A DNA stretch of 64,000 nt from Macrostomum lignano (lineage: Eukaryota): NCBI GenBank assembly GCA_002269645.1, contig NIVC01002734.1:1-64000 (forward strand). The letters are read 5' to 3'. Shown in pieces: positions 46,625 to 59,965 of this stretch (position 1 is its first letter; each line of letters starts with the position of its first letter). A program made the position numbers and the translations under genes. A model generated the notes under the pieces. The model did not search any database. It saw only the letters and a program-made list of their open reading frames with translations, and was not told the DNA's origin.

Positions 46625-49100
46625 AAGGAGTGAAGGGAGATGATTGAACAGAGATGCAGGGAGTGAAGGGAGATGATTGAACAGAGATGCAGGGAGTGAA
46701 GGGAGATGATTGAACAGAGATGCAGGGAGTGAAGGGAGATGATTGAACAGAGATGCAGGGAGTGAAGGGAGATGATTGAACAGAGATGCAGGGAGTGAAG
46801 GAAGATGATTGAACAGAGATGCAGGGAGTGAAGGGAGATGATTGAACAGAGATGCAGGGAGTGAAGGGAGATGATTGAACAGAGATGCAGGGAGTGAAGG
46901 GAGATGATTGAACAGAGATGCAGGGAGTGAAGGAAGATGATTGAACAGAGATGCAGGGAGTGAAGGGAGATGATTGAACAGAGATGCAGGGAGTGAAGGG
47001 AGATGATTGAACAGAGATGCAGGGAGTGAAGGGAGATGATTGAACAGAGATGCAGGGAGTGAAGGGAGATGATTGAACAGAGATGCAGGGAGTGAAGGGA
47101 GATGATTGAACAGAGATGCAGGGAGTGAAGGGAGATGATTGAACAGAGATGCAGGGAGTGAAGGGAGATGATTGAACAGAGATGCAGGGAGTGAAGGGAG
47201 ATGATTGAACAGAGATGCAGGGAGTGAAGGGAGATGATTGAACAGAGATGCAGGGAGTGAAGGGAGATGATTGAACAGAGATGCAGGGAGTGAAGGGAGA
47301 TGATTGAACAGAGATGCAGGGAGTGAAGGGAGATGATTGAACAGAGATGCAGGGAGTGAAGGGAGAAGAACTGAGAGATGCAGGGAGTGAATGGAGAAGA
47401 ACTGAGGGATGCAGGGAGTGAATGGAGAAGAACTGAGAGATGCAGGGAGTGAAGGGAGATGATTGAACAGAGATGCAGGGAGTGAAGGGAGATGATTGAA
47501 CAGAGATGCAGGGAGTGAAGGGAGATGATTGAACAGAGATGCAGGAAGTGAAGGGAGAAGAACTGAGAGATGCAGGGAGTGAATGGAGAAGAACTGAGGG
47601 ATGCAGGGAGTGAATGGAGAAGAACTGAGAGATGCAGGGAGTGAAGGGAGAAGAACTGAGAGATGCAGGGAGTGAAGGGGGATGATTGAACAGAGATGCA
47701 GGGAGTGAAGAGAGATGATTGAACAGAGATGCAGGAAGTGAAGGGAGAAGAATTGAGAGATGCAGGGAGTGAATGGAGAAGAACTGAAGGATGCAGGGAG
47801 TGAATGGAGAAGAACTGAGAGATGCAGGGAGTGAAGGGAGAAGAACTGAGAGATGCAGAGAGTGAAGGGAGATGATTGAACAGAGATGCAGGGAGTGAAG
47901 GGAGAAGAACTGAGGGATGCAGGGAGTGAAGGGAGATGATTGAACAGAGATGCAGGGAGTGAAGGGAGATGATTGAACAGAGATGCAGGGAGTGAAGGGA
48001 GATGATTGAACAGAGATGCAGGGAGTGAAGGGAGATGATTGAACAGAGATGCAGGGAGTGAAGAGAGATGATTGAACAGAGATGCAGGAAGTGAAGGGAG
48101 AAGAATTGAGAGATGCAGGGAGTGAATGGAGAAGAACTGAAGGATGCAGGGAGTGAATGGAGAAGAACTGAGAGATGCAGGGAGTGAAGGGAGAAGAACT
48201 GAGAGATGCAGAGAGTGAAGGGAGATGATTGAACAGAGATGCAGGGAGTGAAGGGAGAAGAACTGAGGGATGCAGGGAGTGAAGGGAGATGATTGAACAG
48301 AGATGCAGGGAGTGAAGGAAGAAGAACTGAGAGATGCAGGGAGTGAATGGAGAAGAACTGAGGGATGCAGGGAGTGAAGGGAGAAGAACTGAGAGATGCA
48401 GGGAGTGAATTGAGAAGAACTGAGAGATGCAGGGAGTGAATGGAGAAGAACTGAGACTGAGAGATGCAGGGAGTGAATTGAGAAGAACTGAGAGATGCAG
48501 GGAGTGAAGGGAGAAGAACTGAGAGATGCAGGGAGTGAAGGGAGAAGAACTGAGAGATGCAGGGAGTGAAAGGAGAAGAACTGATCAGAGATGCAGGGAG
48601 TGAAGGAAGAAGAACTGAGAGATGCAGGGAGTGAAGGGAGAAGAACTGAGAGATGCAGAGAGTGAAGGGAGAAGAACTGAGAGATTCAGGGAGTGAAGGA
48701 AGAAGAACTGAGAGATTCAGGGAGTGAAGGGAGAAGAACTGAGAGATGCAGGGAGTGAAGGGAGAAGAACTGAGAGATGCAGGGAGTGAAGGGAGAAGAA
48801 CTGATCAGAGATGCAGGGAGTGAAGGGAGAACTGAGAGATGCAGAGAGTGAAGGGAGAAGAACTGAGAGATGCAGGGAGTGAAGGGAGAAGAACTGAGAG
48901 ATGCAGGGAGTGAAGGGAGAAGAACTGAGAGATGCAGGGAGTGAAGGGAGAAGAACTGAGAGATGCAGGGAGTGAAGGGAGAAGAACTGATCAGAGATGC
49001 AGGGAGTGAAGGGAGAACTGAGAGATGCAGAGAGTGAAGGGAGAAGAACTGAGAGATGCAGGGAGTGAAGGGAGAAGAACTGAGATGCAGGGAGGGGAAG
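46625..49100. repeat. Purine-rich minisatellite with 33-bp and 31-bp unit types
   Basis: GGGAGTGAAGGGAGATGATTGAACAGAGATGCA on the left, GGGAGTGAAGGGAGAAGAACTGAGAGATGCA on the right, mixed in the middle. Confidence 0.96.
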
Positions 49101-49649
49101 GTACAGAAAGAAATCAAGACAAGGTGAGAGTTAAATGAAGAAAGGAACTAGCTAAAGGTAAAATCCATGAAGTTAAAGATAAACTAAGTGGTGTCTAAAA
49201 TCGAAATGAATAAATAAGACGAAGATTATGTTGTTCTACGGTCTAGACAGGTATAGCCAGTTATAATCATCTAGAAACGAGTTGAAATTGGCACACTTTA
49301 ATCATGAACGAACTAAGAAGCATCTTTTTCTATAATTAACAGTTGTTTAGACTAATAGTTAATACAAAGTACACAGTGGTGCATAACAATATGCAGCATA
49401 CCATATATAACAGTTATACAAATACGAAGTGCAAAGTATGCTAATTTTACTAAACTGCTAAACATAGGTTACCGGAAGAAATAGTGTTGTTCGACCAATG
49501 CCTGCAAGCATTTGTAACTTTTGAAAGTAAGTCAGGACATGAGGAAAATATTTACCAGAATATTAAGAAGAAAGTATTAGGTTATAAATAAAACTGCATT
49601 GCGCGTGTCATAGATTCCGAATCTCACGAATCTCTGTATCCCACCAAAT

Positions 49650-49945
49650 CTTATATGAATCTCACCCAATCTTCTATAAATCTCACCCAATCCCTTATGA
49701 ATCTCACCCAATCTTGTATGAATCTCACCCAATTTTATATGAATCTCACCCAATCCTCTATGAATCTCACCCAATCCTCTATGAATCTCACTCAATATTC
49801 TATGAACCTCACCCAATCTTATATGAATCTCATCCAATCCTGTATAAATCTCACCCAATCCTGTCTGAATCTCAACCAATCCTGTATGAATCTCACCCAA
49901 TCCTATATGAATCTCACTCAATATTCTATGAATCTCACCCACTCT
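49650..49945. repeat. 21-bp tandem repeat
   Basis: Unit ATGAATCTCACCCAATCCTGT with variants, about 14 copies. Confidence 0.9.
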
Positions 49946-50244
49946 TGGATGCATCTCAAACTAGAAGGAAAGCATTGCCAAGAGAAGCACAAGTTAATGA
50001 ATATTAATGAAGCTAGCTAACAATTGTTTTAAATAAGCCAGACGCATTTATGTATGAGTTATTAAAAAGATAGCAATTATAATCCATCGTATAAATAATA
50101 ACGTAAAAGAAGACAGATAGAATGAAACAGTTAAACCTGGAAACAGAAAATAGCATACATACGATATTGCATATTGCATATTGTATATTGCATAGCGTAC
50201 ACGTATTTACTTGCTTATGTCGGATTTAGGATTCTGTAGTTTGG

Positions 50245-51445
50245 GAAGGCAGCGGAACTTCATTGGTAGACAGGTAAGGAGGGTAGTGGAACTTCATTGG
50301 TAGACGAGGGCAGGATAGCGGCACTTCATTGGTAGACAAGGGGAGGAGGGCAGCGGAACTTCATTGGTAGACAAGCCGAGGGTAGCGGAATCTCATTGGT
50401 AGACAAGCGGAGGGTAGTGGAACTTCATTGGTAGATAAGGGGAGGAGGGTAGTGGAACTTCATTGGTAGACAAGCCGAGGGTAGCGGAACTTCATTGGTA
50501 GACAAGCGGAGGGTAGCGGAACTTCATTGGTAGACAGGTAAGGAGGGTAGCGGAACTTCATTGGTAGACAAGGGGAGGAGGGTAGCGGAACTTCATTGGT
50601 AGACAAGGGGAGCAGGGTAGCGACACTTCATTGGTACACAGGTAGGGAGGGTAGCGGAACTTCATTGGTAGACATGGGGAGCAGGGTAGCGGAACTTCAT
50701 TGGTAGACATGGGGAGCAGGGTAGCGGAACTTCATTGGTAGACAAGGGGAGCAGGGTAGCGACACTTCATTGGTACACAGGTAAGGAGGGTAGCGGAACT
50801 TCATTGGTAGACATGGGGAGCAGGGTAGCGGAACTTCATTGGTAGACATGGGGAGCAGGGTAGCGGAACTTCATTGGTAGACAAGGGGAGCAGGGTAGCG
50901 ACACTTCATTGGTACACAGGTAGGGAGGGTAGCGGAACTTCATTGGTAGACATGGGGAGCAGGGTAGCGGAACTTCATTGGTAGACATGGGGAGCAGGGT
51001 AGCGGAACTTCATTGGTAGACATGGGGAGCAGGGTAGCGGAACTTCATTGGTAGACATGGGGAACAGGGTAGCGGAACTTCATTGGTAGACAAGGGGAGG
51101 AGGGTAGCGGAACTTCATTGGTAGACAAGGGGAGCAGGGTAGCGGAACTTCATTGGTAGACAAGGGGAGGAGGGTAGCGGAACTTCATTGGTAGACATGG
51201 GGAGGAGGGTAGCGGAACTTCATTGGTAGACAAGGGGAGGAGGGTAGCGGAACTTCATTGGTAGACATGGGGAGGAGGGTAGCGGAACTTCATTGGTAGA
51301 CAAGGGGAGGAGGGTAGCGGAACTTCATTGGTAGACAAGGGGAGCAGGGTAGCGGAACTTCATTGGTAGACAAGGGGAGGAGGGTAGCGGAACTTCATTG
51401 GTAGACAAGGGGAGCAGGGTAGCGGAACTTCATTGTTAGACAAAG
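50245..51445. repeat. ~35-bp minisatellite with a constant core and short variable segment
   Basis: Core GGGTAGCGGAACTTCATTGGTAGAC followed by 7-11 nt purine-rich variants. Confidence 0.93.
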
Positions 51446-51565
51446 GCCCAGTTGAGCACCTTCAACTTCTCCGCTGACTTTCCATAGATACGTCACTGAT
51501 GTAACAAGTAGTTAATAAACATTTCTAACAAGATTTTCAATCCATCATTTCAGTTATTAATAAAC

Positions 51566-52291
51566 TTATTCAGCCTTGCTTCTGGCAGCCCGATCGGCAT
51601 TCCAATAGTAGGAAATCTGAGCCAATATAATACCGTTGCAAGCGGTGGACACGGTGTACATTACAACAACTAACTGATCCCCAGTCTCCTGCACAGACGT
51701 GAATATCCTAGCAACGCTGCCTAGGAACAGCAGCAGACAGGTGATAAGTGACAGCTGCCCAGTGCTGCTATTCCGATAGTTATACCAAGCCTGCCACAGC
51801 TTGCCAGAGGCTGTGAGCGGGACGCTGCCTGTCTGCAACAGTTGCAGCCAAGAGAACGGAGCCCGTGGCGACATCAGGTATGCCATGATCAGCGCGTACA
51901 ACGTGAGAAAGCCCCAGCCGCGCACGGCCTGACCGCTGTAGAACAGAGTCAGGAAAGCAATCAAGCTAGTCTGGAACGCCATGAACAAGCCTTCGCCGTA
52001 GGCGCTAAACGGAAAGCCCCGTCGCCAGCCGTAAGATGCCGTAGCCGAGATGGCCACTAATTCCAATAGATTAGCGGCAAATGATAATCCGCGACTAGAT
52101 CGGCTAGCAAAAATTTTAATAATCTGAGGCAGTTTAACAACTATGCTGCCTAGAATGATTCCATAGCCAAGGCCTTTGGTTATGAGTAGTTTTAGACAGG
52201 CAATGTCGAATAGATGACCAGATTGAAACATGGTGTCGTAGCAGTGCTCAGACACTGCCATTGAGAATAGTTGCCGAAATATGGCTGTCAT
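51566..52291 (-). CDS. MPDU1: Mannose-P-dolichol utilization defect 1 (PQ-loop membrane protein), intronless
   Basis: 241-aa ORF with CLKLLITKGLGYGIILGSIVVKLPQIIKI, GFPFSAYGE, NSSTGQLSLIT, GSVARIFTSVQETGD, ILAQISYYW. Confidence 0.95.
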   Translation of the reverse strand: MTAIFRQLFSMAVSEHCYDTMFQSGHLFDIACLKLLITKGLGYGIILGSIVVKLPQIIKIFASRSSRGLSFAANLLELVAISATASYGWRRGFPFSAYGEGLFMAFQTSLIAFLTLFYSGQAVRGWGFLTLYALIMAYLMSPRAPFSWLQLLQTGSVPLTASGKLWQAWYNYRNSSTGQLSLITCLLLFLGSVARIFTSVQETGDQLVVVMYTVSTACNGIILAQISYYWNADRAARSKAE

Positions 52292-52419
52292 CTTGTTTAC
52301 TTTGGTTACTGTTGCTACTAAGCAGAAAGTATTTATGTATATAGTCTTGTCTTTAATATAGCAGAATATCGGAGACTAAACTTAACAATTTAACTGAAAG
52401 TGCATGTACGCTTATCCAA

Positions 52420-53950
52420 AGTACAAACTGGGTAGTACTCCTATAGACTAAGCAAAATACAAATCGAGTTAGTAGGCTATCCAAAGTACAAACAGGGTAG
52501 TAGGCTATACAAAGTACAAACAGGGTAGTAGGCTACTCAAAGTACAAACGGTGTAGTAGGCTATATAAAGTACAAACGGGGTAGTAGGCTATATAAAGTA
52601 CAAACAGGGTAGTAGGCTATCCAAAGTACAAACTGGGTAGTAGGCTATCCAAAGTACAAACAGGGTACGTAGTAGGCTATCCAAAGTACAAACAGGGTAG
52701 TAGGCTACTCAAAGTACAAACGGTGTAGTAGGCTATACAAAGTACAAACGGGGTAGTAGGCTATACAGAGTACAAACGGTGTAGTAGGCTATATAAAGTA
52801 CAAACGGGGTAGTAGGCTATATAAAGTACAAACAGGGTAGTAGGCTATCAAAAGTACAAACGGGGTAGTAGGCTATACAAAGTACAAACAGGGTACGTAG
52901 TAGGCTATCCAAAGTACAAACAGGGTAGTAGGCTATACAAAGTACAAACAGGGTAGTAGGCTATACAAAGTACAAACAGGTTAGTAGGCTACCCAAAGTA
53001 CAAACGGGTAGTAGGCTATCCAAAGTACAAACAGGGTAGTAGGCTATACAAAGTACAAACAGGGTAGTAGGCTATACAAAGTACAAACGGGGTAGTAGGC
53101 TATCCAAAGTACAAACAGGGTAGTAGGCTATACAAAGTACAAACAGTGTAGTAGGCTAACCAAAGTACAAACGGGGTAGTAGGCTATACAGAGTACAAAC
53201 GGGGTAGTAGGCTATACAAAGTACAAACGGGGTAGTAGGCTATCCAAAGTACAAACAGGGTAGTAGGCTATCCAAAGTACAAACGGGGTAGTAGGCTATC
53301 CAAAGTACAAACAGGGTAGTAGGCTATACAAAGTACAAACAGGGTAGTAGGCTATACAAAGTACAAACGGGGTAGTAGGCTATACAAAGTACAAACGGGG
53401 TAGTAGGCTATCCAAAGTACAAACAGGGTAGTAGGCTATTCAAAGTACAAACGGGGTAGTAGGCTATCCAAAGTACAAACAGGGTAGTAGGCTATACAAA
53501 GTACAAACAGGGTAGTAGGCTATACAAAGTACAAACAGTGTAATAGGCTATACAAAGTACAAACGGGGTAGTAGGCTATCCAAAGTACAAACAGGGTAGT
53601 AGGCTATACAAAGTACAAACAGTGTAGTAGGCTAACCAAAGTACAAACGGGGTAGTAGGCTATACAGAGTACAAACGGGGTAGTAGGCTATACAAAGTAC
53701 AAACGGGGTAGTAGGCTATCCAAAGTACAAACAGGGTAGTAAGCTATCCAAAGTACAAACGGGGTAGTAGGCTATCCAAAGTACAAACAGGGTACGTAGT
53801 AGGCTATCCAAAGTACAAACGGGGTAGTAGGCTATACAAAGTACAAACAGGGTAGTAGGCTACTCAAAGTACAAACGGTGTAGTAGGCTATCCAAAGTAC
53901 AAACGTGGTAGTAGGCTATCCAAAGTACAAACGTGGTAGTAGGCTAACCA
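52420..53950. repeat. 28-bp minisatellite upstream of MPDU1
   Basis: Unit GGGTAGTAGGCTATCCAAAGTACAAACA, about 54 copies. Confidence 0.96.
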
Positions 53951-54633
53951 AGGTGGCTAATACGTAGCTCGTAGCAGTGCTCCCAACCATAAATAGATAA
54001 ATACGAGTTAAATAGAAATCTACAGTTCTGTAATCCACAGAAAAAAATCAATTTAGGAGTAACAAAGACAACTGTCACATGTTAAAAGGCAGAGATGAAA
54101 AAGCAAAGAACATTTTAACTATACTCTTAAATAATCTCAATCCTTCTTTGAACTCAACTTTGACATCTCGCTTCTTTGGTCAATAGGCACGTGAATAGGA
54201 GTAGAAAAAAATGATGACAACTGCTCTAAAAGCATGCACACTTGAATATTAAGCCTATCGCATACTCTGCTTTTGTTCAACTCTCTCTCTCTCTCTCTCT
54301 CGCTCTTGCTGGCCTCGTCTACGCTATTTTGACAAGGTTTCGTCTAAAGCGTAGACGCAAATTTATGGAGGCTAGGATAGAGAGAGAGACAGACAGAAAA
54401 TGCACGGCACTACCCCAGCAGCCGTCTCAACAATGCCACTCACTCACTGTACACAACAGGTATTCCATAGCCAAGTTATAAAACAGCCTTGGAGATGGGT
54501 GTACAGTTCAAGTATAGAGAAAAAAACTGGATGCAATGAAGCTGCGGCATATTAGGGAAATACTAAACACTGACAAAACAGCATCGGAATTCTAGCAAGA
54601 CAGACTTAGAAACGCTTTAACAGAAAGGTAGCC

Positions 54634-57600
54634 ATGACAACTAAGACAATCGGAATCTATTCCGCTCCGGCGGCCATCCGCCTACCCGAATTAGCTAGCG
54701 AGAGGCTGGCATCGGCATCATCCAAGCCGAGCCTAATTAGCATCGACTACAACGGTATGCAGGCTGAGACAGCCGCGGCGCCAATAAAACGATACGAAGA
54801 GACTAGACAGTTTGTAGTGCAGGACTGCACTCATCATCGGATATTGAGTAAGTTCTGATCGAAACAACTTGTAGTCAGCGATATTCAAGTGCGAGTCAGT
54901 TGACACAAGAAACCATCAGCTTGGATAGTTATTTCTCAGAGGGGATTTTTGCACTGCCGCAAAATCATGAGGAGAAATGCCAGCGAGGAATAAGCTATTC
55001 AACATCGTACCTCCAAGTTAGTGCGTTGCAAAGAGCCCAGCAGAGTTCATATTCACGGTAGACTAAGAACTCAAATCACTATTTAGACAATTTGGTTGCT
55101 TCGCTATCCATCTGGTTTGTTTCGCGAACATCTAACTCCAAACCCCCAGTCACGTATGCATTTACTGTCCTCTCTCTGTCTACCAGACTGATTTAAGCTT
55201 ATGGTCCTCTCTGTCTCCATGCAGCTGTTGCCCAAATTGCACGCAGTTAAAAAACCAAACTGATTTCTTTTGTCTATGGCTTTCTATGGTTGGTAGGACA
55301 AAGTAGGACAAAAATGGTATAGTAAACTGTCACTGTAGGGAGCACACAGTGTTGGTAACTTTTTACCATAGACTAAGTTTTATTTAGACAGGCCTGCAAA
55401 TAAGTACGTTTCTGTATTAAATTCAGACTTTAGGAATCTAAGGACTTATAAAGTCCAGTGTCTTGATGACTCATTTGATAAAGAGACAATTTATTAAAAC
55501 CCAACGATTAGTTAAACTCGTAATTAAAACCTAACAAAAACCTTGCAGAAGTCGGACACGACGTTCACCATCGTCTATCCGAGGTGTCCAGATCTCAGCA
55601 GCATCAGGCGGTGAAAGAGGGCGAATCGCGCGTACGCCAAGAGATGCAGCGAGCAACAGAGAAGCGCCTGGCCGATTTAGAGAAGCAGCTAGCGATGCAA
55701 CACGAGTTCAAAATTGCCAGACTAAAACAAGAACACGAGCGAATTGTTCAAGAAAAGATTTTAGAAACTGAGACCGCAATGCGCAAGGATTTAATCGAGG
55801 CGGTTGAAAAAGAGCGCGAGGACGGCAAGCGACGTTTAAAAGAGAAAGAAGACGAACTAAACGCCTGGTGGACAACGGAAGCTGAACGTCAAGTGACGGA
55901 GGCGCGAGAAGAGGAACGCGCTATAGCGGCCAGGGAGAAGCAGAAACTTCTGGAGCAGCATAAGCGACAAATAGTCGAGCTTAAAGCAGAAGAGAAACGA
56001 ATAAGAGAAGCGGCGCTGGCTAAACTCGAAGCCGAGAAAAATGCCGAACTGGTGCGCGAATTGCTCAAGGCCCGCGATGAGGAGAGACGCATTCGGGAGG
56101 CGAGTAGTTTTAATATTTTTGTGTCAAGACTCACTTCTAAGCCAACCTTATTTGGGCAGCTTACATGCGTACATGTACATGCTGCTGAGAAGAGAGAAGA
56201 GAAGAGGAGAGAGAGGAGAGCTGAGAAGAGACACAAAACGTGAGCGGGCCGGATTGCGATTGTGAAGTTTCAAAGGAACCGAGGACCTGATAGAGGAGAG
56301 GTTTAGCCCAAAGGTTGGCCCATCCCTGTCCTATTTAGTGTATTACCTGTTGATTATTTTACTTGAACTTGTACACGTTGGGTAATACATTTAGCCTACC
56401 ACTCAGTTGGTTTTCTGCTACCCATTAGTTGGCCAAACTCAGTCCAAGCTACGAGAAAAAATGCATTTGATACAGCAACCGACTCAGCTTGGTATGCTAT
56501 AATTTTGATTTCCATAGCCTAGGTTTATCTATAGCATATAAAAATACTGAAGATTAGCAGCCTAAAACCCCACAAAAAGCGATTCTAAATCTAAGAAAAC
56601 TGGCCTAGAAAAAACCCGATGTGACGAAAATCAGGCTGCAAATTTTTTTTCAAACAGCTTTCTTGGTAGATTTCGGATTTGGCTGCTCTAGTTTTCTAAG
56701 GCTCGTATCCTGAATGGAGAGGCAATGTAGCGGCTCGTACTTTTTTCGCAAGCGCAGTTTTCTAGAATATTCGGCCTTAAAAATTATTAAAGAGACGCTT
56801 AATAAAAGAAAGAAGGCAAAAAGAACGTGCTGCATCAGGTTACGACTGGAGATTAGCCAAAAATAGATCGTGAAAAAGGTCTATTCGTTCGCAACACTCC
56901 CAGGATATAAATTTGCAGAAAAAGAACTCAGGTTAAGGATCACTTTGGCTGCTGATTAGAAAAGATTCTTATGAAGCTTACCGATCATTTTTAGGTGCTA
57001 ATCAGGAAAGATTCTTATGCAGCTTATGGATGATTCTAGAGTGCTGATTGGGAAAGCTTCTTATGCAGCTTACGGATGATTCTTGAGTGCTGATTGGGAA
57101 AGATTCTTATGCAGCTTACAGATTATGCTTGAGTGCTGATTGGGAAAGCTTCTTATGCAGCTTACGGATGATTCTTGAGTGCTGATTGGGAAAGCTTCTT
57201 ATGCAGCTTACGGATGATGCTTGAGTGCTGATTGGGAAAGCTTCTTATGCAGCTTACGGATGATGCTTGAGTGCTGATTGGGAAAGTTTCTTATGCAGCA
57301 TACGGATGATGCTTAAGTGCTGATTGGGAAAGCTTCTTATGCAGCTTACGGATGATTCTTGAATGCTGATTGGGAAAGCTTCTTATGCAGCTTACGGATG
57401 ATGCTTGAGTGCTGATTGGGAAAGATTCTTATGCAGCATACGGATGATGCTTAAGTGCTGATTAGGAAAGATTCTTATGCAGCTTACGGATTATGCTTAA
57501 GTGCTGATTGGGAAAGATTCTTATGCAGCATACGGATGATTCTTGAATGCTGATTGGGAAAGATTCTTATGCAGCATACGGATGATGCTAAGTGCTGATT

Positions 57601-58751
57601 GGGAAAGATTCTTATGCAGCATACGGATGATGCTAAGTGCTGATTGGGAAAGCTTCTTATGCAGCATACGGATGATGCTAAGTGCTGATTGGGAAAGATT
57701 CTTATGCAGCTTACGGATGATGCTAAGTGCTGATTGGGAAAGATTCTTATGCAGCTTACGGATGATGCTAAGTGCTGATTGGGAAAGATTCTTATGCAGC
57801 CTACGGATGATTTTCAAGTGCTGATTGGGAAAGATTCTTATGCAGCTTACGGATGATGCTTAAGTGCTGATTGGGAAAGCTTCTTATGCAGCTTACGGAT
57901 GATGCTTAAGTGCTGATTGGGAAAGCTTCTTATGCAGCTTACGGATAATGCCAAGTGCTGATTGGGAAAGATTCTTATGCAGCATACGGATGATGCTTGA
58001 GTGCTGATTGGGAAAGATTCTTATGCAGCTTATGGATGATTTTTAAGTGCTGATTGGGAAAGATTCTTATGCAGCCTACGGATGATTTTCAAGTGCTGAT
58101 TGGGAAAGATTCTAATGCAGCATACGGATGAAAAGCTTAGGAGCACTTTTAAAGATAAATTTAAAAACGATTCCTTGTGTCCATGAGTCAGGCAGGTAAT
58201 AACTCCATATAGTTTTGCGCTCTATCCAAGCTGTTATTAAGTGTAGAGTCTGGTTTCAAATGCGATTCTGGGAAGATTTATTATGCCAAGGGTTTAAAAT
58301 TCGGTTTCTGTTTCGAATTTCTAAAAAGATTTCCATTCCAACCATCCATAAAACCTCACAGGACCTGCAACAGCAAATGCAACTCCAGCTAGAGAAGCTA
58401 ACAGCTGAAGCAGAGGCCAAAGAAGCCGAACTCCTAGCTGAAATCGAAGCAGTGGAATCCGCTCACGCGTCAACCAGACAGAAACGAGCCGCGGCAGAAG
58501 AGGAATTAATTAGAATCTACCAAGAGTTTGAGACCTTCATCGATAGAGTACTGCGTCTAAACACTGGCGGCGAAGGCGCTTTTCTGCTACCCTACACGGA
58601 CTTTCTTAGAGGCGTTGTTGACGCAAAAGATGCCGAGAAAAGACAGCAGCAGCAGCAACAGCTGGAGTCTCGACGAACAAGCATTGGCACTGTGACGCTG
58701 CAACGAGTGCAGCTGCCATCAAATGTGCGATTGGTGACCGACTTTCCGTGA
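54634..58751 (+). CDS. C6orf163-like coiled-coil protein, 3 exons (second intron GC-AG)
   Basis: Exons 54634-54847, 55549-56099, 58362-58751. THHRILKVG resembles C6orf163 THRDILDIG; long E/K/R coiled coil; EEELIRIYQEFETFIDRV...AFLLP resembles EEELQETRMAFQKYINYT...DFILP (recalled sequence). Confidence 0.75.
56990..58130. repeat. 45-46-bp minisatellite in intron 2 of the C6orf163-like gene
   Basis: Unit GTGCTGATTGGGAAAGATTCTTATGCAGCATACGGATGATGCT(T)AA, about 25 copies. Confidence 0.95.
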
Positions 58752-59892
58752 TTTTTAAATGTACTTTTTACCCCAAAGTTGCTTGCTTTATTGAACAGAC
58801 GATTATTCTTATAGAAAAAAGAATTTTGTCTACCATATACGTACCTACTAACAGTAGTTACATAGAATAGAAACAGAATAATTAATGCAAATATTTGACA
58901 AATTGATTTTACCCATCTTATCTACGAAAATCAATTTTATGTTTAATTACTAGTGGGCCTGTTTTAAATATTAAATAAAACACCAAACTGAGAAATAAAA
59001 AAGACATTAAAACACGCGGCACTCAATGTCATCATTTATATATTTTTCTTACTTCAAAAGTAAATAAAATAATGTTTATATACTCGTACTAGTATCAAGA
59101 ACAAATTTAAATAAAAGAGATAGTGTTTTACTAATAATAAGAAAGCAAAAAGAAGAAACATCATAAATAAGGGCCAAACCAGCAGTATTGATTGACAACC
59201 ATACTACTAACAACTTTGGAAAAAGTAGCTTATCAGCGCATTTTTCGTGTTAAAACGATAAATTTATTGAGAAGTCGTAAAAAATCTATAATTATTAACT
59301 ATAAGAATGCAATTAAAGAGTAAGAATAAACGGATAGAACTGCATCGAAATAAAGAATGAAAATAACATCTCAGACCATGGATAGCAGGAGCGCATAAAA
59401 AAGTCTCTAAAACTCGATGCGTAAGAGTTATGAAGAAAATAAAATGTAAAACAAAAATATTTAATATAGTATGTTTTATTAATGGAATTTAATCGCATTA
59501 CAGTTGTACAAGTGGCATTAAAGTAATCAATAAATATTTGAAGAGAATAAAAGCGCTCAGATATCATTGCCAGTAAAAAAGACTAAACTACAATAATCCG
59601 ATTCAAACATGGTAGATATTGATTATATATTAGAAGCAAAATAATCACAGCAAAAATGATTTCGATTCACTTTATTTAAATTTTCTAAACTTTCTCAGTC
59701 AATTATTGGGTTTTTAAAACAAATTGTTGCAAACTTTATTGTACAAGATAACTATCTTTACAACACTAGAAAATCTGTAATTTAATTCAGTTAGTTTTGT
59801 TAAGTACGTGAATGTTTAAATTCATTTTTTGGATTGCGGGCGATCTATTTATCGGGTCGTAAGCTGACCTATATGGTTATAAATTGTTCCGA

Positions 59893-59965
59893 GAGTGGGT
59901 CGAGAATTGAACCTCCAACCTTTCAGTCGTGATTTCGACTCTCTAATCACCAGGTTAAAACTCCC
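59893..59965 (-). mobile_element. tRNA-like SINE head, second diverged copy
   Basis: Minus strand GTTTTAACCTGGTGATTAGAGAGTCGAAATCACGACTGAAAGGTTGGAGGTTCAATTC aligns with the head at 34085-34150. Confidence 0.55.

Noticed and set aside
50245-51445. CRISPR-like array (constant ~25-nt core with variable gaps)
   Set aside because: Gaps are only 7-11 nt, related to one another and recurrent; no cas genes; eukaryotic spliced-gene context. It is a minisatellite.
54490-54600. Possible LINE remnant (KKLDAMKLRHIREILN)
   Set aside because: Too short and weak to support without a translated search.
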